64,000 nucleotides of DNA from an uncultured Verrucomicrobiae bacterium. GTDB taxonomy: Bacteria > Verrucomicrobiota > Verrucomicrobiia > Chthoniobacterales > Chthoniobacteraceae. Below, one piece after another: positions 37,133-47,169 of this stretch. The notes under the pieces were generated by a model, which had not been told where the DNA came from, made no database searches, and was given only the letters and a program-made list of their open reading frames with translations. The stretch spans positions 96,001-160,000 of the forward strand of contig CAVYKI010000009.1 of assembly GCA_963769025.1 (NCBI GenBank), given 5' to 3'. Every line of letters starts with the position of its first letter. The stretch's first letter is position 1. Position numbers and translations under genes: made by a program.

Positions 37133-38758
37133 TCATTTCTTCACAAGCTCGGGTTCAGGCAGCGCGTTGCGATCCGCCTTGCCGGTGGCGGTCAGCGGGA
37201 TTTCGGCGATGCGCTCGAAATGACTCGGGACCATGTAGTCCGGCAGCAGGCTCTTGAGGTGATTCTTCAACACGGCAAAATCAATCGCCGTCCTCTCGAC
37301 CACATAGGCGACGATGAGGACGACGCTTTCCGAGTAGCGCTTCACCGTGACGACGCAATCAGCCACTCCGGGAAATTCACGGATCGTGTTTTCGACCTCG
37401 CCGAGTTCGATCCGGAGGCCGCGGATTTTTACCTGGTGATCCTCGCGGCCAAGGTACTCGACATTGCCATCCGCCAGCCAGCGGGCGACGTCGCCGGTGC
37501 GGTAGATTCTCTCACCTGGGCACACCGGATTGTCGGTGAATTTCCCGGCGGTCAGCGCGGGGTTGTTCAGATAGCCGCGCGCCAGCCCGACTCCCGCGAT
37601 GCAGAGTTCGCCGGGTTCGCCGATCGGCGCGGCGTGTCCGTCCTTGATGACATGCAGCCGCGTGTTGTGGATGGGTCGTCCGATGGGAATCCGGTCGAAG
37701 TCATTGTCGGCAGGGCAGTCGAAATAGGTCACGTCCACCGTGGCCTCGGTGGGTCCGTAGAGGTTCGTCAATTGCGTGCCGCACTTGCTTCCGAGGAGTT
37801 CGTTGAACTTCCGGACGTGCGCAGGCATGAGCGCCTCACCGCTGGCAAAAGCGCGGCGCAGCGAAGCGAGGCCGGTGAAGGTCGCGGCGTCGCGTCCGTC
37901 GAGGTATTCGAGGAAGACATTGAGCATCGAGGGCACGAAATGCACGACGCTCACGCGCTGGCGGCGGATCGTGTCGAGCAGGAGCATCGGAACTTTTTCC
38001 CCGCCCGGGCGGAGGAAGCAAAGCTTCGCGCCGGTCATGGCCCACCAGAAAAGTTCCCACACGGAGACGTCGAAATAGTACGGTGTCTTTTGCAGGAGGA
38101 CGTCGTCCGGGCCGATCGGGTAAGCCGACTGCATCCAGTGGAGGCGGTTCACCACTGAGCGGTGTTCGACCATCACGCCTTTCGGCCGGCCTGTGGAGCC
38201 CGAGGTGTAGATGACGTAGGCGAGGTCGGCGGGCTCGTTGACGACGGGCGGATTTTCCTCCGGCCCGGCGCAAGTGTCCGGGTTTTCGAGGTTGATGATT
38301 TTTCCGTCGAACGAGACGAGGCCCGCGGTTTTCTGCTGAGTGAGGAGGACACGGACTCCGGCATCCTGAAGAATGTAGCGGATGCGTTCGGGCGGATTGT
38401 CCGGCGCGATGGGGAGGTAGGCGCCGCCGGCTTTGAGGATGCCGAGCAGGCCGATCATCATGGAAAAGGAACGCTCGACGAGGAGGCCGACGATGCTGCC
38501 TGGGCCGACGCCAGACGCCCGCAGCAAATGTGCGACTTGATTCGCCTTCGCGTTGAGCTGCGCATACGTGAGCGAGGGCGTCCCGAAGGTGTTGTCGTGC
38601 TCGCAAATCACCGCGGTGGCGGACCCGCACCGGACGACTTGCGCCTCGATCAGCGCTTGCAGCGTGACCTGATCCGGGAATGGCGTATCGGTCTGATTGA
38701 ACCGCTCGATCCGGTCGTGATCAGTGGGTTCCGCTGCGATGTTCGTTGCGTGTGGCAT
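37133..38758 (-). CDS. Stand-alone adenylation enzyme, predicted serine-specific
   Basis: YTSGSTGRPKG, FDVSVWE, VVHFVPS, AFASGE, NLYGPTEATVDV; manually read code DVWHFSLVDK; no carrier domain. Confidence 0.9.
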   Translation of the reverse strand: MPHATNIAAEPTDHDRIERFNQTDTPFPDQVTLQALIEAQVVRCGSATAVICEHDNTFGTPSLTYAQLNAKANQVAHLLRASGVGPGSIVGLLVERSFSMMIGLLGILKAGGAYLPIAPDNPPERIRYILQDAGVRVLLTQQKTAGLVSFDGKIINLENPDTCAGPEENPPVVNEPADLAYVIYTSGSTGRPKGVMVEHRSVVNRLHWMQSAYPIGPDDVLLQKTPYYFDVSVWELFWWAMTGAKLCFLRPGGEKVPMLLLDTIRRQRVSVVHFVPSMLNVFLEYLDGRDAATFTGLASLRRAFASGEALMPAHVRKFNELLGSKCGTQLTNLYGPTEATVDVTYFDCPADNDFDRIPIGRPIHNTRLHVIKDGHAAPIGEPGELCIAGVGLARGYLNNPALTAGKFTDNPVCPGERIYRTGDVARWLADGNVEYLGREDHQVKIRGLRIELGEVENTIREFPGVADCVVTVKRYSESVVLIVAYVVERTAIDFAVLKNHLKSLLPDYMVPSHFERIAEIPLTATGKADRNALPEPELVKK

Positions 38759-38778
38759 GGGCGTGCGACGGCGACGGG

Positions 38779-39930
38779 TCAGCTTGACGATTTCGGTGCG
38801 GCCTCGATGAACGTCCGGCCGAGGAGTTCCTCGTGGATTTGCGTGGTGCCCTCGATGATTTCGAGAATCTTCGCGTCGCGATAGTAGCGGGAAACGGGCG
38901 CATTTTCATGGCAGCCCGCAGCGCCCCAGATCTGGACGGCGTCGGAGGCGGCCTGGACGGCTGCGCGCGAGGAGAAATACTTTGCCATGAGCGTCTCCGT
39001 GAACGCCTCGGGAAGACGCTCGTCGGTGGCGCGGCACGCGGCGAGGCAGAGCAGCCCGGCGGCGTGCAGATCGGTGCCCATGCGCGCGAGCATCGAGCGG
39101 ATCCTCCCGAAATCTCCGACTGTGCCGCCGCCGACCTTGCGTGCGGCGGCGCGGGCGGTTGATTCTTCAAAACATCCACGGAGCAATCCGAGCGCGGAAC
39201 AAGCGGTGCTGATGCGCCCGTATTGCAGGCCGACGGGGGCGATGTAGCTCAGGGCCACGCCGGGTTTGCCGAGTACGTTGGCGGCGGGAATTGCGACGTC
39301 GTCAAAATCCACACGTGCCAGACCGGCGGCACGATAGCCCAGCATGCCGGTGATGGGCTCAATTTTCAAACCAGCGGAATCCCGCGGAACGAGACACGCG
39401 AGAGGCAGCGAACCTGCGTAGCCAATCACGAGAAAAAGGCCCGCACTTTGGCCATACGAAATCCATGTCTTCTGTCCGCTGAGGCGGAAGGTGCCGTCGC
39501 CGGATTCCGCGAATCGCGTCTGAAGCGCCTGGAGATCGCTGCCACCACCGGGCTCGGTGAGCGCGAACGCCCCGACGATTTCACCGCGCGCGAGCGGTGG
39601 CAGCCAGCGAGACTTCTGCTCGTCGCTGCCCCACTTGAGCAGCGTCATGGAGACCATCGCCTGCACGGTGAGGAGATCGGTGAGCGCGGCGCTCGCGCGA
39701 CCGAAGGCTTCGTTCAGCAGCCCGAAGGTGGCCGTGTCCCAGCCTTGCCCGCCGTATTTCACCGGCAGTGTGCTGCCGAGGTAGCCTGCGTCCGCGATGA
39801 GTTGCACGGTCGCCTCGGGAATTTTCTCCGCACGATCCCATTCCGCGGCAAACGGGGCAATGTGCCGCGCGGCGAATTCGCGGAACTCGCGCTGGCGTGC
39901 CTGTTGGGCCTCGGTGAGAAAACTGCGCAT
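38779..39930 (-). CDS. Acyl-CoA/acyl-ACP dehydrogenase (FkbI/ZmaI-like)
   Basis: [38 protein letters not shown]. Confidence 0.9.
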   Translation of the reverse strand: MRSFLTEAQQARQREFREFAARHIAPFAAEWDRAEKIPEATVQLIADAGYLGSTLPVKYGGQGWDTATFGLLNEAFGRASAALTDLLTVQAMVSMTLLKWGSDEQKSRWLPPLARGEIVGAFALTEPGGGSDLQALQTRFAESGDGTFRLSGQKTWISYGQSAGLFLVIGYAGSLPLACLVPRDSAGLKIEPITGMLGYRAAGLARVDFDDVAIPAANVLGKPGVALSYIAPVGLQYGRISTACSALGLLRGCFEESTARAAARKVGGGTVGDFGRIRSMLARMGTDLHAAGLLCLAACRATDERLPEAFTETLMAKYFSSRAAVQAASDAVQIWGAAGCHENAPVSRYYRDAKILEIIEGTTQIHEELLGRTFIEAAPKSSS

Positions 39931-39940
39931 CGCGTGGAGG

Positions 39941-40207
39941 TCAGACGGTGGCGGGATGGGCCTGCTTGCGGGCGACGAAATCCGCGGCTGCCTCGATGGA
40001 TTTGAAATTTGCGATCTCGAGATCGTCCGGCCCGACTTCGATGGCGAATGTCTTCTCGATGAAGGTCATCAACTGGACGGCGAACAGCGAGTTCACGATG
40101 CCGCTCTCGAAGAGGTTGTCGTCGTCCGCGAGGTCGGGGACGTGGATGGAGGCGAGGATGAATGCGCGGATTTTTTCGCGGATCGCTTTTTCGTCGGTGG
40201 TGTTCAT
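39941..40207 (-). CDS. Acyl carrier protein (FkbJ/ZmaH-like)
   Basis: GIVNSLFAVQL..FIEK.F, NFKSI. Confidence 0.9.
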   Translation of the reverse strand: MNTTDEKAIREKIRAFILASIHVPDLADDDNLFESGIVNSLFAVQLMTFIEKTFAIEVGPDDLEIANFKSIEAAADFVARKQAHPATV

Positions 40208-40225
40208 GCGTTGTCTTTTGAAGTT

Positions 40226-41086
40226 CTATGTTTCCGGGTAGGTGTGAAATCCGCGGCCGGTCTTGCGTCCGAGGTGGCCCTGGGCGACGAGGTTTCGCAG
40301 CAGCGGGCACACGCGGAATTTCGGGTCTTTGAATTCATCGAAGAGCACGTCGAGCGAATTGGCCACGGTGTCGAGCCCGATGAGATCGGCGGTTTCGAGC
40401 GGCCCCATCTTGTGGCCGAAGCATTGCTTGAAAATCCTGTCGATGTTCTCCGCCGTGGACACGCCATCATGGAGGACGCATGCGGCCTCGTTCATGAAAA
40501 GGTGAGAGATCCGGTTTGAGACGAACCCCGGTGAGTCGTTCACGAGGATCGCCTGCTTGCCGAGTTGCGCGAAGAGCGCCTGAAGCTTCGCCACCGTGTC
40601 GTCGGAGGTCTGCGCGCCCCGGATGACCTCGACGGTCGGCATGAGATGCACCGGGTTCATCGCATGCAGCCCGATGACCTGCGCGGGCCTGCGCGTGAGC
40701 GCCGCGACGCGAGCGATCGGGATGCACGACGTGTTGACTCCGAAGCACGCGGCAGGCGGCATGAACGAATCGAGATGCTCGTAAATCGGGCGTTTGATTT
40801 CCCACTTCTCGGGGACGTTCTCGATGACGAACTCGCACGGCGCGAGGTCGCGAAGTTCGCAAGTGAATGTCATGCGCCGCCGTGCATCGTCACGCGACAC
40901 GCGTGGCAGCGTCTTTGCAAACATCGGTGCGAAGCGGATGTTTTTCAGGATCTCCGTCTCCGCCCTCCGCAATGCCGTGTCCGAGATGTCCACGATCACC
41001 ACGTTGAGGCCGTGCAGAATCAGATCGGTGACGACACCGGTCCCGATGGTCCCTGCGCCGACGACTCCGATGGTTGAAAATTTCAT
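40226..41086 (-). CDS. 3-hydroxyacyl-CoA dehydrogenase (FkbK/ZmaG-like)
   Basis: GVVGAGTIG, IENVPE, NTSCI, PGFVSNR, MGPLETADLIGLD, GRKTGRGF. Confidence 0.92.
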   Translation of the reverse strand: MKFSTIGVVGAGTIGTGVVTDLILHGLNVVIVDISDTALRRAETEILKNIRFAPMFAKTLPRVSRDDARRRMTFTCELRDLAPCEFVIENVPEKWEIKRPIYEHLDSFMPPAACFGVNTSCIPIARVAALTRRPAQVIGLHAMNPVHLMPTVEVIRGAQTSDDTVAKLQALFAQLGKQAILVNDSPGFVSNRISHLFMNEAACVLHDGVSTAENIDRIFKQCFGHKMGPLETADLIGLDTVANSLDVLFDEFKDPKFRVCPLLRNLVAQGHLGRKTGRGFHTYPET

Positions 41087-41087
41087 T

Positions 41088-44000
41088 TCAGGCGACCTTC
41101 CGTTTGATGAGTTTGTTCCGTCTTTGCCGGCCACGCGACTCTGCAACGCCTGCTGTGGACACTTCGTCCTTCGTGTCTCCCGAACCATCCAGTTTCGCGG
41201 CCAGCAGCCTGATGGTCGGGCACTCGAAGAGGCTGATGATGGAGACGTTCATTTTCAATTCCTTGCGGATCATCGCGACGACCACCACGGCCTTGAGCGA
41301 AGTGCCGCCGACGTCGAAAAAGTTTTCGCCGAATCCGATGCGCGCACGGCCGAGAGCCCTTTTCCAGATCACTGCGAGTGACTGTTCGAGTGTACTCGCA
41401 CCCTCCATGGTTTCCGGCCCGGACAGGGATGCCGTCGGCTGGTTCTCGATCCGGGAGGATTCGATCGCTGCCACAACGTCGTCGATCGCGTGGAATTCGT
41501 CGCCGAGCCTTTGCAGTGCGGCGGAGAGCTTCGCCCTTCCGAAGCCGCTCCGGCTTGCGCGTGCGTCGGCTTGCACGGTTCCGGACTTTTCGCCGTTCGC
41601 TTCGGCAGTTCGATCCGCTGGCTCGTAACGCAGCGCCGCTAGTGCCGTGACCGGCAGTTCGAGCGTGTATTCGGCACCAGAGGGTGCGGACCCGAGCTTC
41701 GCGATGAATTCGCGCGCCGGCTCATTCCGATCCGTCCGGCAGAATGGGATGGCGATGATTGATTTCCCATCGCGCAGTGCGCGGCCCGCCAGTTCGGCGA
41801 CCATGCGGTGCTCGACCCCTTTTCCGAGCGCGCGGCAGCTCAGGAGCAGCGTATCCACGATGTAGCGATCCGCCGCCGCCGTGTAGAGGATCGTGCCGAC
41901 GAGACCGTAGTCTCCGAAGCGATCACTCACGGACGTCACGAGGCACTTCGCGCCGGACTCGATCAATTCGCGGATTTCCCGTTCCGAGCGGCGGATGGCC
42001 GTGAGGTTGAACTGGTTTGTCCGCACCGTGAGTTGGGCGACGCGTGCGAGCTGGTCGTCTTTCGCTTCGGCCACTTGGATCCGCAATTGCAGCCCGTCGA
42101 GAAAATCGCGCAGCGTCGGTGCGGCGGCCCGGAGCCCTTCGCGCTCGGTGTTGGTCTGGTACCAGTGGCTTCGCTCGCGATCCTCGCGGGTTGCGGTCGC
42201 GCGGTCGAAGATCCACAGGCTTTCGAGGAACGCGGGGATGCGGTCGTTTTCCTGGGGCAGCTGCAGGGCGATCACTTCCGGACAACTGGCCCGGACCGCG
42301 GCGCATTCGACCGGGTTGTCGTCGAGGAACACAAAGCTGTCGAGACCCAGGCCCAATTGCGCGGCGAGGGAGCGCAGGTTGTCGGGTTTTGGCTCCCAGT
42401 TGATGCGCCATGCCGCGAGGTGTTCGCGGCGGAGCAACATGTCGTCCCGCTGATCGAAGACGGCCATCACGTCGGATTCCTGATTCTTGCTGCACAACGT
42501 GAGGAGCACGCCCGCCCGCATCTGCCCGATCATGAACTGCTGCAAGCGGCGGAAGGCTGGCGTCACGATGATGCCCGCGGGCCCGTCCTCGGCGCACAGT
42601 CCCTGCCAGAGCGTGTTGTCACAATCGAGCACGATGACTTTCACCGGCGGAGCGCCCATGCTGAAAACGGCGCGGGAAAGCGCGGTGCCGATCGCCGCGT
42701 AGCCCTCCTGCGTGAAAGGCATGTGACCAAGCTGGCGGCTGTGCGGGTCGTGCAGTTGGCGCACCGGATGGCGGGCGAGGATCTCCTGCGAACTGACAGC
42801 GTGAATCTGTGGATGGCGTGCGGCCCGCGCGAGCACCTCCTGCTCGGCCGCGGCGAGGGCGGCGTCCGCATCACGACGTGAATGCGGGGCCACGGCCAGG
42901 ACCAGCGGATTGGGCGCAGAGGCGGCGAAGCCATCGAGCGCGGTGCAAAACTCGCGGACCTTGCGTTGCAATCCCTTCTCCGGAGCCTCGGCGGAAACTG
43001 CGGACGGCGCGCGGCGCGTGGCGTACACATTGAAGAGCCCGGACTGTTCGAGGAGCCTTTCCTCCACCACGGCGCAGCGATAGCCGCGGCGGATCAACTG
43101 TTCCTCGATGGATTGCACGGCGGCACGCGAGCGGTCGTGGACTTCGATCACGAGCTGTTCGATCAGCGGCCAGTGCTCCTCTTCGATGCCGCGGAGGATC
43201 CCGGCTTCGCTTTTCTCGGCGTCTATTTTCAGCAGATGAATCCGCGCGATGCCATTTTCGCGGATGATGTCGGAGACGGAGGTGAGCCGGCATTCGATGG
43301 TCTCGGCAGCGAGGCGGTCGGCGGTGAGGTCCTCGACGTCCGTTTCAAGGACATCGCCGGGCTGTTCGTGCTGGAGGACGTTGCGCGCCACGGCCTGCAC
43401 GGCTGCGCGGTCCTCGCGTTCGTCCGGGTGAAAGCTGGAGAACACCGACGAGCGCTCGTAAAATGTGAAGCGTCCGCTGCCCTTCTTTTCGGCGACGCCA
43501 AAGTTGAAGGCGCGGACGCGCGAAGGATCGCCGTAAGCGGCGCAGTTTGCCTGGAGGAGATCGAACACGCGCGGCGACGGCTCGTAGGCGAAAATCGTCG
43601 GGTTCTTGCACCGGCTCAGGACGAAGAGTGAAAAGAGCCCGATGTTCGCGCCGATGTCCACGACGGTGTCGCCGTCTTCGAGGCGGATGCCGTGACGCAG
43701 ATACGATTCGTCCCCGAAGATTTCCTGAAATACGTAGTCCGTTTCGTAGCGGTTGAGGTGGACGATTTCGAGCCCGTTCAGGAGCACATGCCGCTGCCTC
43801 GAACCAAAGCAATCGGAAGCGCGCGCCGGATCGATCGGAGCCAGCGTGCTGCGGTCCCCGTGCAGCCAGTCATCGAGACCGAGGACGATCAGATTGACGG
43901 CGTCGCGATTTTGGCGGAAGGCGCTCGCGGGGTCGAGCAACTGCTGGAAGACCTGATTGTACGGAGCGAAAGCCACGCGCGCGTCGCGGCCGAAATGCCT

Positions 44001-44996
44001 GGCCCAAAACCGCAGCGATTCCTCCAGCGGCTCGGCCGTAAAGGTCGAGGCGACCGAGAGCCGGATTTCCTCCGGCGGCGCGGGTTCCGAGGATGCCGGG
44101 CGGTCCATGAATGCCAGCCTGATGCCGGAAAAATCCGCGAGGCATTTGCCGTCCGCGTCAACCATCCTGACGGAGCCGACCAGCCCAGCATCGCGGGCAT
44201 CGTTGCCGCCGGTCACGGTTGCAATTGCCGACACCGGTGCCAATGCCGGCAGTGCGCCGACGATCAGGCGTTCGATGGACTGGAGGATGAACGTGCGGCC
44301 GCGATCAAGGGTGAACGCGGACAGGAGTTGCGAGGCGGCGTCGAGCAACGGCGGGGTGAGCGAGCCCTCCGCATCCGCGAAACGACCTGCCAGATCCAAG
44401 CCTGAGCGTCGGATGTCTGAGAGGGTTTGGAAATGCGGGCCGTACTGATTCCCGTTGCCGCGGGATTGGCTGTAGAAGTCGCCGGAAGTCAGCGCCGGCG
44501 CGGCGTGATCGGAAAGCCCTTCTGTGCCGGATGCGACCGATGTGTTGTCATCGGCAGTCGTCGCAGGCCCGGCATCCACCTGCATCCTTGCGCACGCCTC
44601 CGCGTGAGCATTCAGGGCGGCGTCGCTGCCGGACTCGAACAATTCGTACGCCACACTCCCGTCGTCGCGCCTTTCGATCCTGACGGTGATCGGTGCATCC
44701 TCGTCGGCGAGGATCACCGGCTTTCTGAATTCAATATGACGCAGGCTCACGGCGTCCCGGTGGAAAAGATCCCGGTGGATCCGCCGGACCAGTGCGACGT
44801 GAAAGGCTCCCGGAAGCACGACCATGTCGTGGAAGCCATGGCCGGCGAGATAGGGGAGCGACTTCAGCCCGACGCCGTATTCCACCAGCCAGGATTCCGG
44901 CGCCGCCCCGGGGATCGCGGGCGCGATCGGAGCGACAGGCCTCGACGGCGAGTCCGGCAGCCAGGGTGAATGTTGGGCTTTGTCGTGCAATCTCAT
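41088..44996 (-). CDS. Multidomain loader: PKS dehydratase-like + FkbH with inserted FkbM methyltransferase + ACP
   Basis: YLAGHGFHDMVVLPGA (DH); STFTAEP/APYNQVFQQL (FkbH N-term); DIGANIG/KIDAEKSE (FkbM); LDCDNTLW, FLDDNPVE, RTNQFN, DRFGDYG, LSCR (FkbH); FFDVGGTSL (ACP); start uncertain. Confidence 0.88.
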   Translation of the reverse strand: MRLHDKAQHSPWLPDSPSRPVAPIAPAIPGAAPESWLVEYGVGLKSLPYLAGHGFHDMVVLPGAFHVALVRRIHRDLFHRDAVSLRHIEFRKPVILADEDAPITVRIERRDDGSVAYELFESGSDAALNAHAEACARMQVDAGPATTADDNTSVASGTEGLSDHAAPALTSGDFYSQSRGNGNQYGPHFQTLSDIRRSGLDLAGRFADAEGSLTPPLLDAASQLLSAFTLDRGRTFILQSIERLIVGALPALAPVSAIATVTGGNDARDAGLVGSVRMVDADGKCLADFSGIRLAFMDRPASSEPAPPEEIRLSVASTFTAEPLEESLRFWARHFGRDARVAFAPYNQVFQQLLDPASAFRQNRDAVNLIVLGLDDWLHGDRSTLAPIDPARASDCFGSRQRHVLLNGLEIVHLNRYETDYVFQEIFGDESYLRHGIRLEDGDTVVDIGANIGLFSLFVLSRCKNPTIFAYEPSPRVFDLLQANCAAYGDPSRVRAFNFGVAEKKGSGRFTFYERSSVFSSFHPDEREDRAAVQAVARNVLQHEQPGDVLETDVEDLTADRLAAETIECRLTSVSDIIRENGIARIHLLKIDAEKSEAGILRGIEEEHWPLIEQLVIEVHDRSRAAVQSIEEQLIRRGYRCAVVEERLLEQSGLFNVYATRRAPSAVSAEAPEKGLQRKVREFCTALDGFAASAPNPLVLAVAPHSRRDADAALAAAEQEVLARAARHPQIHAVSSQEILARHPVRQLHDPHSRQLGHMPFTQEGYAAIGTALSRAVFSMGAPPVKVIVLDCDNTLWQGLCAEDGPAGIIVTPAFRRLQQFMIGQMRAGVLLTLCSKNQESDVMAVFDQRDDMLLRREHLAAWRINWEPKPDNLRSLAAQLGLGLDSFVFLDDNPVECAAVRASCPEVIALQLPQENDRIPAFLESLWIFDRATATREDRERSHWYQTNTEREGLRAAAPTLRDFLDGLQLRIQVAEAKDDQLARVAQLTVRTNQFNLTAIRRSEREIRELIESGAKCLVTSVSDRFGDYGLVGTILYTAAADRYIVDTLLLSCRALGKGVEHRMVAELAGRALRDGKSIIAIPFCRTDRNEPAREFIAKLGSAPSGAEYTLELPVTALAALRYEPADRTAEANGEKSGTVQADARASRSGFGRAKLSAALQRLGDEFHAIDDVVAAIESSRIENQPTASLSGPETMEGASTLEQSLAVIWKRALGRARIGFGENFFDVGGTSLKAVVVVAMIRKELKMNVSIISLFECPTIRLLAAKLDGSGDTKDEVSTAGVAESRGRQRRNKLIKRKVA

Positions 44997-45335
44997 GTTT
45001 CCCGAACCGGCGCGTAAAGCGCATGCGGAAGGCGTCCCGCCAGGCCGGGGATCGCGGTATTTGCTGCCCTCGATTCGTTCGGGTTCATTTCCCTGAGAGT
45101 AGCCGCCTGCGTGCCATCCGGTTGCACATTTTTCCCTCCGGGCGCCGCGCGTGCGGCATCCGGTCCTCCGAATCACCATTTGGGCTGGCTGGGTTCAGAT
45201 GCATCGAATTCGTTTGCCTCAGGCGGAATCGGGCGCGAATCCTGCACGGCACGGATGCACCAAGATGCAGCCTGAGAGCTAAAGTATGACTTCTGCGAAA
45301 CTAACTGGTGTCCGGGAAACAGCAATGCCGATGCC

Positions 45336-45872
45336 ATGCAGTTAAAGGGTTACACGGTCGGGGATTTTGACCGCGGTGCGCCGCGCTGGAAGGAGGCGCT
45401 GTGGGTGCTCGTGAAGTGCGTCTTTTTCCTGAATGGATTTCCGTGGCCGTCGGCGCTCCGGGTCATGTGGCTGTCGGCGTTCGGCGCGCGGATCGGCGCG
45501 GGCGTCGTCATCCGCGCGAATGTGAACGTGAGCTATCCGTGGCGCCTCACGCTCGGGGACGACGTGTGGCTCGGCGAGGAAACGGTGATCCTGAGCCTCG
45601 CGCCGGTGGTGATCGAATCGAGCGTGTGCATCTCGCAGCGGGCGTTCCTGTGCACGGGCTCGCATGATTTTCGCTCGGAGAACTTCACGCTGGTCACGAA
45701 GCCGATCACGGTGCGCAGCGGATCGTGGATTGCCGCTCAGGCGTTTATTTCGCCGGGCGTGGAGATCGGCGCGGGCAGCATGGTCTGTGCGGGCAGCGTG
45801 GTGGTGGAAAATGTCGCGCCGCGATCCATCGTGCGCGGGAATCCGGCGCAGGTGGTGAAGCAAATCGCGTGA
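45336..45872 (+). CDS. wcaF: WcaF-family polysaccharide acetyltransferase
   Basis: FGARIG, YPWRLTLGD, ISQRAFLCTGSHD, hexapeptide repeats, GNPA. Confidence 0.9.
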   Translation: MQLKGYTVGDFDRGAPRWKEALWVLVKCVFFLNGFPWPSALRVMWLSAFGARIGAGVVIRANVNVSYPWRLTLGDDVWLGEETVILSLAPVVIESSVCISQRAFLCTGSHDFRSENFTLVTKPITVRSGSWIAAQAFISPGVEIGAGSMVCAGSVVVENVAPRSIVRGNPAQVVKQIA

Positions 45873-46966
45873 TGCGGATTCTTTTCCTGAACCAGTACTT
45901 CCCGCCCGATCCGGCGCCGACGGGCATCCTGTTTCGCGAAGTGGCGGATGAGTTTTTGCGGCTCGGCCACGAGGTGGATTTTGTGGACGCCGGGCAGGAT
46001 TACCGCGCTGCGCAGGGCGGGGGAGGGCGGATGAAAAGGGAACTCAGCGCGCTGTGGCGGATGCTGCGCGAGGGCCGCGCGCGTCCGCGTGCCGATGTCG
46101 TCGTGTCGGGCAGTTCGCCGCCTTGCCTCGGCGTGGTGGCGGATCGCGTCGCGCGCAAGCACGGAGCGGCGCACATTCACTGGGCGATGGACATGTATCC
46201 CGAGCTGGCGGTGGAACTCGGCGAGATCGGACGCAATTCGCCGGTCGCAAAAGTCACGGGCTGGGCGATGCGCGGCGTCTATCGCCGCGCGAAGACGATC
46301 ATCGCGCTCGATGAAGACATGGCGCAGCGTTTTCGCGCGCTCGGCGTGGAGCCGGCCTGCATCCGCCCGTGGGTGACGCAGCCGGCATTCGCCGCAGCGG
46401 CGTGCGATCCGGAAACGCCGTGGACGTGGATCTATTCCGGCAACCTCGGGCGCGCGCACGAGTGGGAGACGCTGCTCGCGGCGCAGGCGTTTCTGGAGCA
46501 GCGCGGAGTGGATGCGCGGCTGCTCTTCCAGGGCGGCGGCCCCTCGTGGAAAGCTGCGCAGGCGAAGGCTGCTTCGCTCGGGCTCCGGCACTGCGAATGG
46601 AAGGGATACGCTGCGGCGGAGGAACTGCCGGCCTCGCTCCTGCGCAGTGAAGTCCTCGTGGCCACCCAGCTTCCCGCCGTCCGCGGACTGCTCTGGCCGA
46701 GCAAGCTCGCGCTCATGCTCACCATGCCGCGTCCGATTCTTTTCGTCGGCCCGCCGGATGGCGCGATCGCGGCGGAACTCCGCGGCTTCCCTCACGCGGG
46801 TATTTTCGCTCCGGGCGATGCCGATGGCGTCGCGCGTTGGGTGGCCGTGCAAAGGGAGCGCCGGACTGTCGTTCCGGCGGGCTCGGTGGCTGACGCGGCG
46901 CAGCAACGGAGCGAGGCGCTCGCGGCGTGGGGCGAGATTTTGGCGCGGACGGCCGGAGGGCGCTGA
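45872..46966 (+). CDS. Glycosyltransferase family 4 (WcaI-like)
   Basis: MRILFLNQYFPPD, SSPP, DMYPE, YSGNLGRAH, PSKL. Confidence 0.87.
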   Translation: MRILFLNQYFPPDPAPTGILFREVADEFLRLGHEVDFVDAGQDYRAAQGGGGRMKRELSALWRMLREGRARPRADVVVSGSSPPCLGVVADRVARKHGAAHIHWAMDMYPELAVELGEIGRNSPVAKVTGWAMRGVYRRAKTIIALDEDMAQRFRALGVEPACIRPWVTQPAFAAAACDPETPWTWIYSGNLGRAHEWETLLAAQAFLEQRGVDARLLFQGGGPSWKAAQAKAASLGLRHCEWKGYAAAEELPASLLRSEVLVATQLPAVRGLLWPSKLALMLTMPRPILFVGPPDGAIAAELRGFPHAGIFAPGDADGVARWVAVQRERRTVVPAGSVADAAQQRSEALAAWGEILARTAGGR

Positions 46967-47169
46967 GATTTTTTTGCTCGCCGTGCGCGCTTCCTGCGTA
47001 TCTTCCCGCTTCACAATCGCGAACAAGTGGCGGTAAGAGAGCCGTCCGTCGCAAAAGTCATGGCAAATCTGATGCGAATATCCAAATCGAACGCGGGGCA
47101 ACCCGCGCGGCATGAGCCATGTGCAGTCGCGAGCGGAACGGTGTGCAGCGTCCACGGGACTGAGCCCGC

